From Candidatus Melainabacteria bacterium SSGW_16 (GTDB lineage: Bacteria > Cyanobacteriota > Vampirovibrionia > 2-02-FULL-35-15): a stretch of DNA of 64,000 nt. The position numbers and the translations under genes are program-made. The notes beneath the pieces were generated by a model. That model saw nothing but the letters and a program-made list of their open reading frames with translations, was not told the DNA's origin and did no database searches. Positions 55,906-64,000 of the stretch are shown here, piece after piece (position 1 is the first letter of the stretch; every line of letters starts with the position of its first letter). The stretch spans positions 44,670-108,669 of the forward strand of contig DUDS01000044.1 in NCBI GenBank assembly GCA_004769085.1, written 5' to 3'.

Positions 55906-56831
55906 ACCCCTGCACCTATTTTTTCTTTTAGCCTTTTATATATATCAGGCATTTCAGAAAGTTGCACATTTTTTTCTTTTGCTTTTCCTATAACTACTCC
56001 TACGAGCTCCTCAAGTTCAATTGGTTTACCTTGTTCATAGTCCTGCAGTGTAGAGGTTTTAAACCCTGGGAAACCTTTTGATCTTTTAATATTAAACTCA
56101 ACCGTATCTGGTCTGATTCTTATACCATGAGCCAGTGCAACATCCCTGACTTCACACATAATATTCTTTACCTGCTCAAGGTTTTCTTCAAGTATCTTAT
56201 CTACTGTTTTCCCTGTTAAAACACTGATTGAATTAAATGCTGCATTCCAGACTAATTTATTCCAGAGTTCACCTCTCATATCATCTGCAATCTTACAATC
56301 AACTTCAGACTCTCTCATTATCTTCTGAAGATTAATTACTCTTTCTGTCACTTCATTTTTATATAATTCACCAATCATCCCGCCGTTATATCCAAACTGC
56401 TCTATTACACCAGGTTTCACCATTCTGGATGCCACAAAAACAAGTCCGCCTAAGACATGTTCTTTTCCAACAATTCCAGCTATTATGTCCTCATTTTCAA
56501 CACCATTCTGAAAAGAAACAATAGTAGTATTTGGTCCGATGGAGGATTTTATACTAACTGCAGCCTGCTTAGTATCTTTTGATTTTACACATATAAAAAT
56601 ATAATCAAATCTGCCAAGCTCTGAAGCATTCTGAAAAACCTTAACAGGGAGTATTTCCTTTTTTCCTTCTATTATTAAAGTTAGTCCATTTTCTTTCAAT
56701 ACACGATAATTCTCACCACGAGCAATAAAAGTAACGTCAAATCCAGCTTTTAAAAGCACTCCGCCATAGTAACCACCTACAGCCCCGGTGCCAAAAACAA
56801 GTATTTTTTTACCCTTTAAAAGATCACTCAT
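55902..56831 (-). CDS. panE: 2-dehydropantoate 2-reductase (ketopantoate reductase, ApbA/PanE family).
   Basis: N-terminal Rossmann motif [15 protein letters not shown]. 309 aa. Confidence 0.75.
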   Translation of the reverse strand: MSDLLKGKKILVFGTGAVGGYYGGVLLKAGFDVTFIARGENYRVLKENGLTLIIEGKKEILPVKVFQNASELGRFDYIFICVKSKDTKQAAVSIKSSIGPNTTIVSFQNGVENEDIIAGIVGKEHVLGGLVFVASRMVKPGVIEQFGYNGGMIGELYKNEVTERVINLQKIMRESEVDCKIADDMRGELWNKLVWNAAFNSISVLTGKTVDKILEENLEQVKNIMCEVRDVALAHGIRIRPDTVEFNIKRSKGFPGFKTSTLQDYEQGKPIELEELVGVVIGKAKEKNVQLSEMPDIYKRLKEKIGAGV

Positions 56832-56846
56832 TTTTTAAATTGCAAC

Positions 56847-59800
56847 TTATCTAAGAGCAGCCCTCCTTAATGCTGCAATGTTTTCAACTATAATGTCTTC
56901 TTCCGCTTGTCCTATAAATTGTTTCAATGGTACTCTGTCACCAATTATCTGCTTATAACTATAGTTAGGAATAAAAAGACTTTTTAGATTTGCCCAGCTC
57001 CCGGGATTTACAAACCTAATTTCATAATCACAGTCTTTAATGTTTTGATCCAAATAAGATCTTAGTTTCCCTAGAGGAGATTGAGCATCATTTTCACCAG
57101 CTTTAAGCACATCAGGTACTGCAACATATAAGACATTATTACAGTACAAGACAGGAATTGCTTCTGGTTCATTTTTTCTTATAGGCCAATAATCAGGCAG
57201 CAACGTAAACAGCTCATTATCTATCCTAGTTAAATCTATAATATTTCCTGTCTCATCAATTATTGAATCTATATGCGTGTAATTAAGTGGTTTTGCTCTT
57301 AAAGAACCATAATCAAATCTTTCATGATGGCGCATTTTTGATCGTTCATAGATCTGACGCAGCATGCGAATCTGTACAAGTAAATCACCTGTATCAGCTC
57401 TACGCAATAAATCCATTGTGTGCTTTCTACTCTGAGTTCTATCTTTAGAAGTTTCTACTAAGGCTCTTAAAATTTCCGGCTTTTCTTCTATTCTCCCTTC
57501 GCAGATTTTTCTTGTTTCAATTAAAACTTCTTCCCAGTCTTTTCCAAGTACTTCTGAATCATCCGAGTCATCAAATGGATCAGGTTTCTTTTCCGGTTCT
57601 GCTTCATCAACAACTACTGCCTCTTCAGCAGATTCTTCAATATCAGCTACTGGTTCATCCTCAATCTTATCTTCTGTAATATCAATACCAGCAACAATTC
57701 TGTCAAAATGTTCTGAGTACTGCCCGTATATTCTTTGGTATCTAATTTCATGTACAGTAACAGCTTCAAAAACAAGTTCAACAATAGAATTTAAAATCCC
57801 AAGCACATTTGTCCGCATACTGTATTTTTTATCTGTTTCACATGCAGATAAAAGCAGTTCTCTCGGGTTTCCACCTGGTCTTTTAATTTTCCTTACCTCA
57901 TTAATAGAATCTTTTAACTGGGATTTTAATTCATCATCCAGATTTGTTTCATCTATAACCACATCCCTTATCGTCCTTAAAAAATGACTTAGCTTTCTAT
58001 CAGATAAAATTAATTGTCCTTTATTTACCCCAGATGGATATTTTGCAATCAATATTTTTTCAAGAGCAGTGCATCTGTCTTTTTCTCTGGTTTCTTTATC
58101 AGAGGTAGGTGATGGCAAAACAGCAGCAGCAAGTGCCTCATATAATGCATCTGTCTGTTCAAGAATATTGCTTTGCGGTCTGTGTGCCAGTAAAGGTTCC
58201 AGGCAGGTCCCTTCAATACCTGTCGCATGCTCTTCATATCCTTTTTCCCTTAAGCCCGTTATTTTAATATTATCTGGTTTAAATTCAGTGTCGACATCCC
58301 TTAAAAGTGAAACAATCAGTGCGGTTCTTGTAGGATGTCTGTCAACTACATCATTAATCTGAATATGAGAACTACCAAAGCATTCTGTCTTTGAATTTTT
58401 CTCTCCAAAAAGTATTATAAATGCATTTTCAATTGATTTTGCTACATCAGAGAATCCCCCTGTTAATCCAAATGCTACAAAGTGATCATGCCACTGAATA
58501 GCATGTGACATATAATAATTTTTCAAATTTATAAAATCTTTTCTTGGAAGTCTGAGTGGAACCCCAAGATGAGGATGGAACTCTACTCCGTGATCTTCAA
58601 ACCCCTCAACTTTTTGTTCTTTTAGTTTCTCGAATATAGTATAAATGCTTCGTGCAAATCTTAACTGGAATAGCCTTCTTCCTGCTTCTCCATCCCACAT
58701 ACCGGAGAACCTTATATCACCAGGTGCTATCTTTCCAACTTCCCAGCCAAAATGCTGAGGATAGACTCGTTTCAGCGCATCATAAGCAGTACCAACACCA
58801 GAACGTCTCAGACATCCTGTACATTCATCGTTATACTGAACACTCCAGTCTTTTATAGCTTTTAATCCTTCCAGATTTATATTCCCAACTTCATCTATAA
58901 GTTTCAATTTCTTCTCAACAATATATTTAGTAGTTTCATCTATAACAGTTAATTTATTTTTATCGTCCCATTTCCCGGAATATTTAAATCTGTGTTTAGG
59001 GAAAAAATCAAAAACCCCTGGAACTGCAAGTTCAAGTGCCCCCAGTGTCCCATCAAGAAACTCACATATACCAAGTCCTCCTCTTAAGCCATATTCCTGT
59101 TTCCAGAATACGTCAGTCCAGTCAACATCAATAAATTTTTCTACATTTATTGTGTTATCAGGATTTATTACTCCTTGGGCATAAACTGCATCCTTTACAG
59201 TTCTTTCAGCCAGTGTTTTTATTCGAGGCATGTCAGCTGAATCATCAGACTGCCACTTACCAGGATAAGCTATTTTAGCTTCTCGTATAGGTGGGTTTGA
59301 TCCGTCTAGGTATCCGGGCTGAATAATCTTCAACAGTTCAGGCACAGAAATTAATTTACTGTATTTTTGTAATCCTGCTTTAACAAAAGCATTGGTCCAT
59401 CCACTAAAATCCTCAACCTTTCGTGCTGTATCCAGCCCAAGCAAATCAACTACAAAATATTTTCCAATTGTTTCAATTTTTTTCACCAGGTCCGGATCAT
59501 CATGGTTTAAAAAACCATGTGGTGCAGCTTTTAAAAATCCTCTCTTATTAAGACCAGATTTTATACATAGATATGTAACCAATGCTTCAAAATTCTTATC
59601 ATCTCTTAGTTCTTCATCTATTCTTCCATCTGTAATAAGAGCATCAATTTTCTGGTCATATACTCCTTTTAATGACTCACCTGAAACAGTTGAATTTTTT
59701 CCATAAATGCTTCCAAAAGGATGATCCTGACACTGCTGTTTTACCTCCAGAAGTAATTTTCTAAGCTGTGTCTTTTCTTCAGTTTGCTTGTACCTGATTT

Positions 59801-60458
59801 TTGTTTTCTTTGTTGCTGAAAAACCACCTTCAGGTGCTTTCACCTTATATTTAAATGAGCTTTTTAACTCTGCACGATAACTTCTGTTAATTGCCCTATA
59901 TTTTCTTTTTAAATCCTGTGCAGTATTCCACTCTTCTTTAATTTCATTTACTACAAGCCTGGCTTTTTTAAGCAAAGCAGGACTAATGCCTTTTAGTTTT
60001 ATTTCAGCTCTAGGAGTTTCTACAGGTTTTGGAATTGTTTCTGGAATATATGTAACAGTTACATAAGCATCATCACCAGAGCCTTTACCTCTAATATGAA
60101 CTTTTGTCTGACCTGGTGTTGGATTAGCATAAGGAATAAATTTAATTGTTGTTTCAGACTTAGGTGCTACCTCAGCATCACTAAAAAATGTTTGAGTAGA
60201 AGTAGCCACCTCATTAATATTTGGGGTTGCATTAACAATAAATGATTTATTTTCACCTCCTACAGTTGTAGTAAATCCTGTGTAACTTAATACCCCTGCA
60301 AGTGCTGGATTTAAATCCGGTGCATTTCTTCTTTTGGTAGTGGCAGGAATTGTAGCATCACCAGCTAACTGACCATCACCATTTGAAGGCGGAACCATAT
60401 TTGCTGAACCGCCTGTTGCAGGTATCCCTACTGGTATTGTTGCTTCATGAACTCGCAT
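56847..60458 (-). CDS. Large orphan multi-domain protein (1203 aa) of unknown function.
   Basis: A single uninterrupted ORF with no signal peptide. It has four parts: an N-terminal about 150-aa Gly/Thr/Pro-rich beta-like region; a Lys-rich linker; an about 700-aa central region; then an acidic linker (EDEPVADIEESAEEAVVVDEAEPEKKPDPFDDSDDSE) and an about 230-aa C-terminal domain. No motif I can assign. It is preceded by a conserved leader. Confidence 0.7.
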   Translation of the reverse strand: MRVHEATIPVGIPATGGSANMVPPSNGDGQLAGDATIPATTKRRNAPDLNPALAGVLSYTGFTTTVGGENKSFIVNATPNINEVATSTQTFFSDAEVAPKSETTIKFIPYANPTPGQTKVHIRGKGSGDDAYVTVTYIPETIPKPVETPRAEIKLKGISPALLKKARLVVNEIKEEWNTAQDLKRKYRAINRSYRAELKSSFKYKVKAPEGGFSATKKTKIRYKQTEEKTQLRKLLLEVKQQCQDHPFGSIYGKNSTVSGESLKGVYDQKIDALITDGRIDEELRDDKNFEALVTYLCIKSGLNKRGFLKAAPHGFLNHDDPDLVKKIETIGKYFVVDLLGLDTARKVEDFSGWTNAFVKAGLQKYSKLISVPELLKIIQPGYLDGSNPPIREAKIAYPGKWQSDDSADMPRIKTLAERTVKDAVYAQGVINPDNTINVEKFIDVDWTDVFWKQEYGLRGGLGICEFLDGTLGALELAVPGVFDFFPKHRFKYSGKWDDKNKLTVIDETTKYIVEKKLKLIDEVGNINLEGLKAIKDWSVQYNDECTGCLRRSGVGTAYDALKRVYPQHFGWEVGKIAPGDIRFSGMWDGEAGRRLFQLRFARSIYTIFEKLKEQKVEGFEDHGVEFHPHLGVPLRLPRKDFINLKNYYMSHAIQWHDHFVAFGLTGGFSDVAKSIENAFIILFGEKNSKTECFGSSHIQINDVVDRHPTRTALIVSLLRDVDTEFKPDNIKITGLREKGYEEHATGIEGTCLEPLLAHRPQSNILEQTDALYEALAAAVLPSPTSDKETREKDRCTALEKILIAKYPSGVNKGQLILSDRKLSHFLRTIRDVVIDETNLDDELKSQLKDSINEVRKIKRPGGNPRELLLSACETDKKYSMRTNVLGILNSIVELVFEAVTVHEIRYQRIYGQYSEHFDRIVAGIDITEDKIEDEPVADIEESAEEAVVVDEAEPEKKPDPFDDSDDSEVLGKDWEEVLIETRKICEGRIEEKPEILRALVETSKDRTQSRKHTMDLLRRADTGDLLVQIRMLRQIYERSKMRHHERFDYGSLRAKPLNYTHIDSIIDETGNIIDLTRIDNELFTLLPDYWPIRKNEPEAIPVLYCNNVLYVAVPDVLKAGENDAQSPLGKLRSYLDQNIKDCDYEIRFVNPGSWANLKSLFIPNYSYKQIIGDRVPLKQFIGQAEEDIIVENIAALRRAALR

Positions 60459-60489
60459 AAATTAATTAATTTAATTCTCAAATATTTTT

Positions 60490-60595
60490 TTACTCAGGTG
60501 GCTTGCTCATAATTCGCTGCGCCACCTTTCCATACTACTCCTGGTAAACCAAATCCTCCACAATTCAGGTTTTGCGGAATGAATCGGTCAAAACC
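60490..60595 (-). promoter_or_regulatory. GC-rich leader element, copy R1b, upstream of the 1203-aa ORF: a hairpin GGUUUUGACCG-AUUCAUU-CCGCAAAACC followed by the UAUGGAAAGGUGGCG...GCCACCUGAGUAAAAAAA module.
   Basis: In minus sense it reads tatggaaaggtggcgcagcgaattatgagcaagccacctgagtaaaaaaa, which matches 10045-10094 with the differences concentrated in the hairpin loop. The mini-ORF ATGAGCAAGCCACCTGAGTAA spans 60510-60490. Confidence 0.6.
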
Positions 60596-60740
60596 TTCTC
60601 TAATTAATTAGTTTATTTTAATTACCATCGACATAACTGAGTAATTATTTAAAACATTAAACTCAAAACATTCTATATCCTGTTATAAATTAAAATGTTA
60701 AAAACGAATCACACATTAGAAAGAGCAATAAAGATTAAAT

Positions 60741-61811
60741 CTAATTTATAAACATAGCATCGCCATAGCTAAAGAATCTGTATTTTTCTTTAATTGCTTC
60801 TTCATAAATTAATTTGACATTTTTCCAGTCCATAAATGCACTAACCAGAACTAACAGGGTTGTTTTTGGAAGATGAAAATTTGTAATTAAAGAATCAACT
60901 ATTTGAAATTTAAAATCTGGCTTTATAAATAAATTATTTAGGCCGTGGATCTTCCCGGTCATGGCAGCATATTCCAGTGTTCTAGCAACTGTAGTTCCAC
61001 ATGCAATAATCCTTTTCCCTGATTTTTTTGCATTCTGGATTTTATTCCATATTTCTTCAGAAATATTAAAGTATTCAGACATAAGACTGTGCTGACTAAT
61101 ATCTTCTGTTCTAATAGGAAGAAAGGTACCAGGACCAACATGAAGGGTTACAAATAAGACCTCAACTCCTTTTTGTTTAATTTTCTCCAGAAGTTCTTCT
61201 GTGAAATGCAATGCTGCAGTAGGAGCTGCAACTGCACCTGGTTCTTTTGCAAACACTGTCTGATAGCGATTTATATCCAGCTCTTCAGAATCTCTTTTTA
61301 TATAAGGAGGAAGAGGCATTTTGCCAGCTTTCTCCAGTACAAACTTTAGATCATCATGACTTTTAAATCTTATTGTTTCGGGATCAATTATTTCAATTAA
61401 AATGCCTGAGTTCACATCAACATATGAGTTATTCTTCAAATACTTCTTCGGGCTTGCTAAAACTTTCCATGTCAAATTATCAGAACTTACTGCACTGACA
61501 AGTAATATTTCAACCTCTTTTCTATTGTCTGTCTCTGCAAAAAATCTTGCAGGAATTACTTTTGTATTGTTTAAAACAAGTACATCATTCTTGGTTAGCA
61601 TATGTTGCAAATCGCGGAATACATGATGTGTAATTTTCGAGCTTGTCTTTGAATAGCAAAGTAATCTGGATTCATCTCTCTTTTGAGCTGGATATTGTGC
61701 AATTAACTCTTTTGGAAGAGAATAATTATAGGTATCAAGCTTAAAAAGCTCATTTTTTATGGAATCCTCAAAACAACAAATTGAATTATCCGCCATAGTT
61801 AGTACCCGCAA
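60741..61811 (-). CDS. queA: S-adenosylmethionine:tRNA ribosyltransferase-isomerase.
   Basis: N-terminal ...YNYSLPKELIAQYP, the QueA fold, and the C-terminal GTTVARTLE motif. The exact start is uncertain (61811 or 61796). Confidence 0.85.
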   Translation of the reverse strand: MRVLTMADNSICCFEDSIKNELFKLDTYNYSLPKELIAQYPAQKRDESRLLCYSKTSSKITHHVFRDLQHMLTKNDVLVLNNTKVIPARFFAETDNRKEVEILLVSAVSSDNLTWKVLASPKKYLKNNSYVDVNSGILIEIIDPETIRFKSHDDLKFVLEKAGKMPLPPYIKRDSEELDINRYQTVFAKEPGAVAAPTAALHFTEELLEKIKQKGVEVLFVTLHVGPGTFLPIRTEDISQHSLMSEYFNISEEIWNKIQNAKKSGKRIIACGTTVARTLEYAAMTGKIHGLNNLFIKPDFKFQIVDSLITNFHLPKTTLLVLVSAFMDWKNVKLIYEEAIKEKYRFFSYGDAMFIN

Positions 61812-62823
61812 CAGGGCTAAACAACTCTCAACTATTATTCAGTGCCTTGGTTCACAAAGTGGCATTGAAAACCTGAAGTGGGAAATTGTCATAGTTGATA
61901 ATAACTCAGATGACAACACAAAAGAAGTTGCATATGCATTTTGTGAAGGCAGTAACTTAAAAATAAATTATATTTTTGAACCTAAAACTGGTCTCGCTAA
62001 TGCAAGAAATACAGGTATTTTATGCTCAAAAGGTTCTTACCTTTTATTCATAGATGATGATGTGCTTATTCCAAATGATTTTATAAACAATACTTTAATA
62101 GGCATACATGAATATCCCGAATTCCATATGTATGGATTCCGCATACTTCCTGACTGGGATGAAATGAAAATTAAAAATCCAAAGTTTAAAAAACCCTACT
62201 GGTTAAATTTTAAAAAACCCTTTAATTTAATTCAGAGTTTTATCCCTATTCATGATTTAGGAATTGAAACCCTCCAATACCCAAACAGGATTGCAAAGAA
62301 TCCAATTGGCGCCTGCTTTGTGGCTAAGAAAGAGGTCTTTGAAAAACTTGGACCATTCAGGGATGATCTCGGTGCAGGTCAAAGTGGCGTATGTGAAGAT
62401 ACTGAGTTTTTCTGGTATGCCATGATTAATGGCTACAAAATCCTTTATTGGCCTTATTCAGTACTGTATCATCCAGTGATTCCAGATAGATTAAATCCTG
62501 CTTACCTCCACAAGTGGTATTTTAAGCTGGGCAAATCACTAAGTCTTATAAAAAACTCAGGAAGAATTTATAACAGAAATAAAAAACCAGTTCTTGGTTT
62601 TGAAGGATTTATAGCAAACAAAATGCCAGGGTTTGTTAGAAAGATATTTCTTGATACAAAAATATTTAACATCTCAATATTTTTATGGTTAAAACTTTTT
62701 GTTTTAGTTTTACTTCTGCCAATATCTGTTTTTCTGGTATTTATCAAAAAGCCTTTTTATATAACATCACTCATTGCAAAAACTTTTGGTGAGATTAAAC
62801 AGCAAAACCATATTTCAACTTAA
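61759..62823 (+). CDS. Family 2 glycosyltransferase with a C-terminal membrane segment.
   Basis: LSAIVSTRNRAKQL ... IVDNNSDDNT ... LLFIDDDV (DXD). The 5' end overlaps the divergent queA 5' end. Confidence 0.7.
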   Translation: MESSKQQIELSAIVSTRNRAKQLSTIIQCLGSQSGIENLKWEIVIVDNNSDDNTKEVAYAFCEGSNLKINYIFEPKTGLANARNTGILCSKGSYLLFIDDDVLIPNDFINNTLIGIHEYPEFHMYGFRILPDWDEMKIKNPKFKKPYWLNFKKPFNLIQSFIPIHDLGIETLQYPNRIAKNPIGACFVAKKEVFEKLGPFRDDLGAGQSGVCEDTEFFWYAMINGYKILYWPYSVLYHPVIPDRLNPAYLHKWYFKLGKSLSLIKNSGRIYNRNKKPVLGFEGFIANKMPGFVRKIFLDTKIFNISIFLWLKLFVLVLLLPISVFLVFIKKPFYITSLIAKTFGEIKQQNHIST

Positions 62824-62955
62824 CCTGATTTTAATTTTCAATGAATTATGAAAAATATTTAATTTAAAACCAGACAAAACAACTAATCCATGACTGTCAA
62901 ATAGGCTATATAAAGAGCTTTGTAAATTTTAGATTGAATTATATAAAGGAGTAAA

Positions 62956-63324
62956 ATGTTTGTTTTAGATCTTATAACTGGCTCAATAATTCCAACAATA
63001 AATATTAGTGGAACTCTTCGCGGACTTAGAACAGGTTCTTTTCAAACAATACAACGAGAATTAATGAATCAAACACCAAATGAAGAACTAATAAATCGTA
63101 ATCTTACTTTCCTGAGAGCTACACAAAAAATAGGCTTTGCACCACCAGCTAATACCAGAGATTACTTTCAGAATATTATAGTGAATGGGCAGTTAAATAT
63201 TGGTACACTACAAGGTAGAGTAAATCGTCAGCCTGAGTTAGCTGGTGAAGTTGCACCTATAATCGGTCGTATTCAAAGGCAAGTTCAATATGCTCAAGAA
63301 TTTCAACCTGCTGGAAGACCCTAA
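62956..63324 (+). CDS. Hypothetical protein (122 aa).
   Basis: ORF with AAAGGAG 8 nt upstream. Confidence 0.45.
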   Translation: MFVLDLITGSIIPTINISGTLRGLRTGSFQTIQRELMNQTPNEELINRNLTFLRATQKIGFAPPANTRDYFQNIIVNGQLNIGTLQGRVNRQPELAGEVAPIIGRIQRQVQYAQEFQPAGRP

Positions 63325-63428
63325 TACTGCTGGAAAAATTATTAGCGAAATTAACAAATTACAACACATTGATTTAATTTAATTAGTATGCTTGAATTAT
63401 TTCAATTACTAAAACAATTTGATTTATT

Positions 63429-63749
63429 ATGTCAGCACTTCCTATTAGAAAGACTGGAACTGAGCAGCCATTAGCTGTTAGTATTAATACTCCTAAAACA
63501 AGATTGAAAATAAGAAAAGGAGAAGATTCAGATACAACTCCTTCAGTATCTTTTGAAGCTCATGCAAAAGCTAATTTCCCAGACAACCCACGCGCTCAGG
63601 AGCTTGAAATAAAACTGAGAAGAGGATTGGGACTTACTCCTGAAGAAAAAGCAGAGTTTAGAGAAATTGTTGTTAGAGACAGTGATAGACTCACAGATAT
63701 ATTGTGCTGGAGAATGATTGATGGGATTTTTAGATCGGGGAAAAAGTAG
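63429..63749 (+). CDS. Hypothetical protein (106 aa).
   Basis: ORF only. Confidence 0.4.
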   Translation: MSALPIRKTGTEQPLAVSINTPKTRLKIRKGEDSDTTPSVSFEAHAKANFPDNPRAQELEIKLRRGLGLTPEEKAEFREIVVRDSDRLTDILCWRMIDGIFRSGKK

Positions 63750-64000
63750 TAAAAAACAAACAGACCTAAATTCTTTGGATTTAAATTATTGAGAAAACAT
63801 TAATTTCACTAAAATTGCTTAAATACAGTATTTAGTAATAATAAGCCTGTTAGAAAGCCTTTTAAACCAGTTCTATTTGTATTAATAAAGGCATATAAAA
63901 CCAATTTAAAACAATTCCTTGACCATGAGATACCTCACTGATAGCATTATTATCCGCCATTTAATTTCCCTATTAGAATTACTGATAGGGGCTAATTAAA

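Noticed and set aside
1-64000. CRISPR arrays, tRNA/rRNA genes, transposases, integrases or prophage genes.
   Set aside because: No tandem direct-repeat/spacer arrays were seen. No tRNA T-arm consensus (GTTCGAATC-like) or rRNA-like conserved blocks were found. No DDE transposase or tyrosine recombinase motifs appear in any ORF.

Overview
This is an AT-rich (roughly one-third GC) bacterial chromosomal window, almost entirely housekeeping genes, with no mobile-element genes, tRNA/rRNA or CRISPR. Recognisable genes:

- Branched-chain amino-acid synthesis: ilvD (5' part) and ilvE.
- Cell wall: class A PBP and an M23 peptidase.
- Translation/RNA: rlmB-like methyltransferase, queA.
- DNA repair and cofactors: lipA, uvrB.
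- Haem synthesis: a hemA-hemC-cobA/hemD-hemB operon.
- Purine synthesis: purC fused to purS, and purQ.
- Respiration: nuoA-B-C, with nuoD separated from them.
- gmk-rpoZ-coaBC cluster, thrC, and an S8 peptidase.
- tonB-exbB-exbD, proB, tatC, trpC, sat (ATP sulfurylase), and an Mce/MlaD-family protein.
- A compact sigma-70 factor, panE, and a GT2 glycosyltransferase.

The accessory-looking content is:

- A family of GC-rich, purine-rich (on the gene-sense strand) structured elements sitting immediately 5' of several start codons, which stand out against the AT-rich background. They show a hairpin with a conserved AUUCAUU loop and covarying stems, recurrent 6-10 codon mini-ORFs beginning ATGAGCGAG that stop at or just before the main start, and a ~110-nt element with a covarying closing helix upstream of both purC-purS and purQ.
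- A 1203-aa orphan multi-domain protein preceded by one of these leaders.
- Three dispersed secreted paralogues with a TrbI/VirB10-like fold plus a glycine-zipper segment.
- A DUF1501 gene (Tat signal) and a divergent unknown gene inserted between nuoC and nuoD.
- Two unknown genes apparently co-transcribed with purC-purS.
- A TonB with an extra N-terminal TM2-like membrane module.
- A sulfotransferase placed divergently from a Wzx-like flippase.

All functional calls rest on motif recognition by eye. No database search was run, so family names are provisional.
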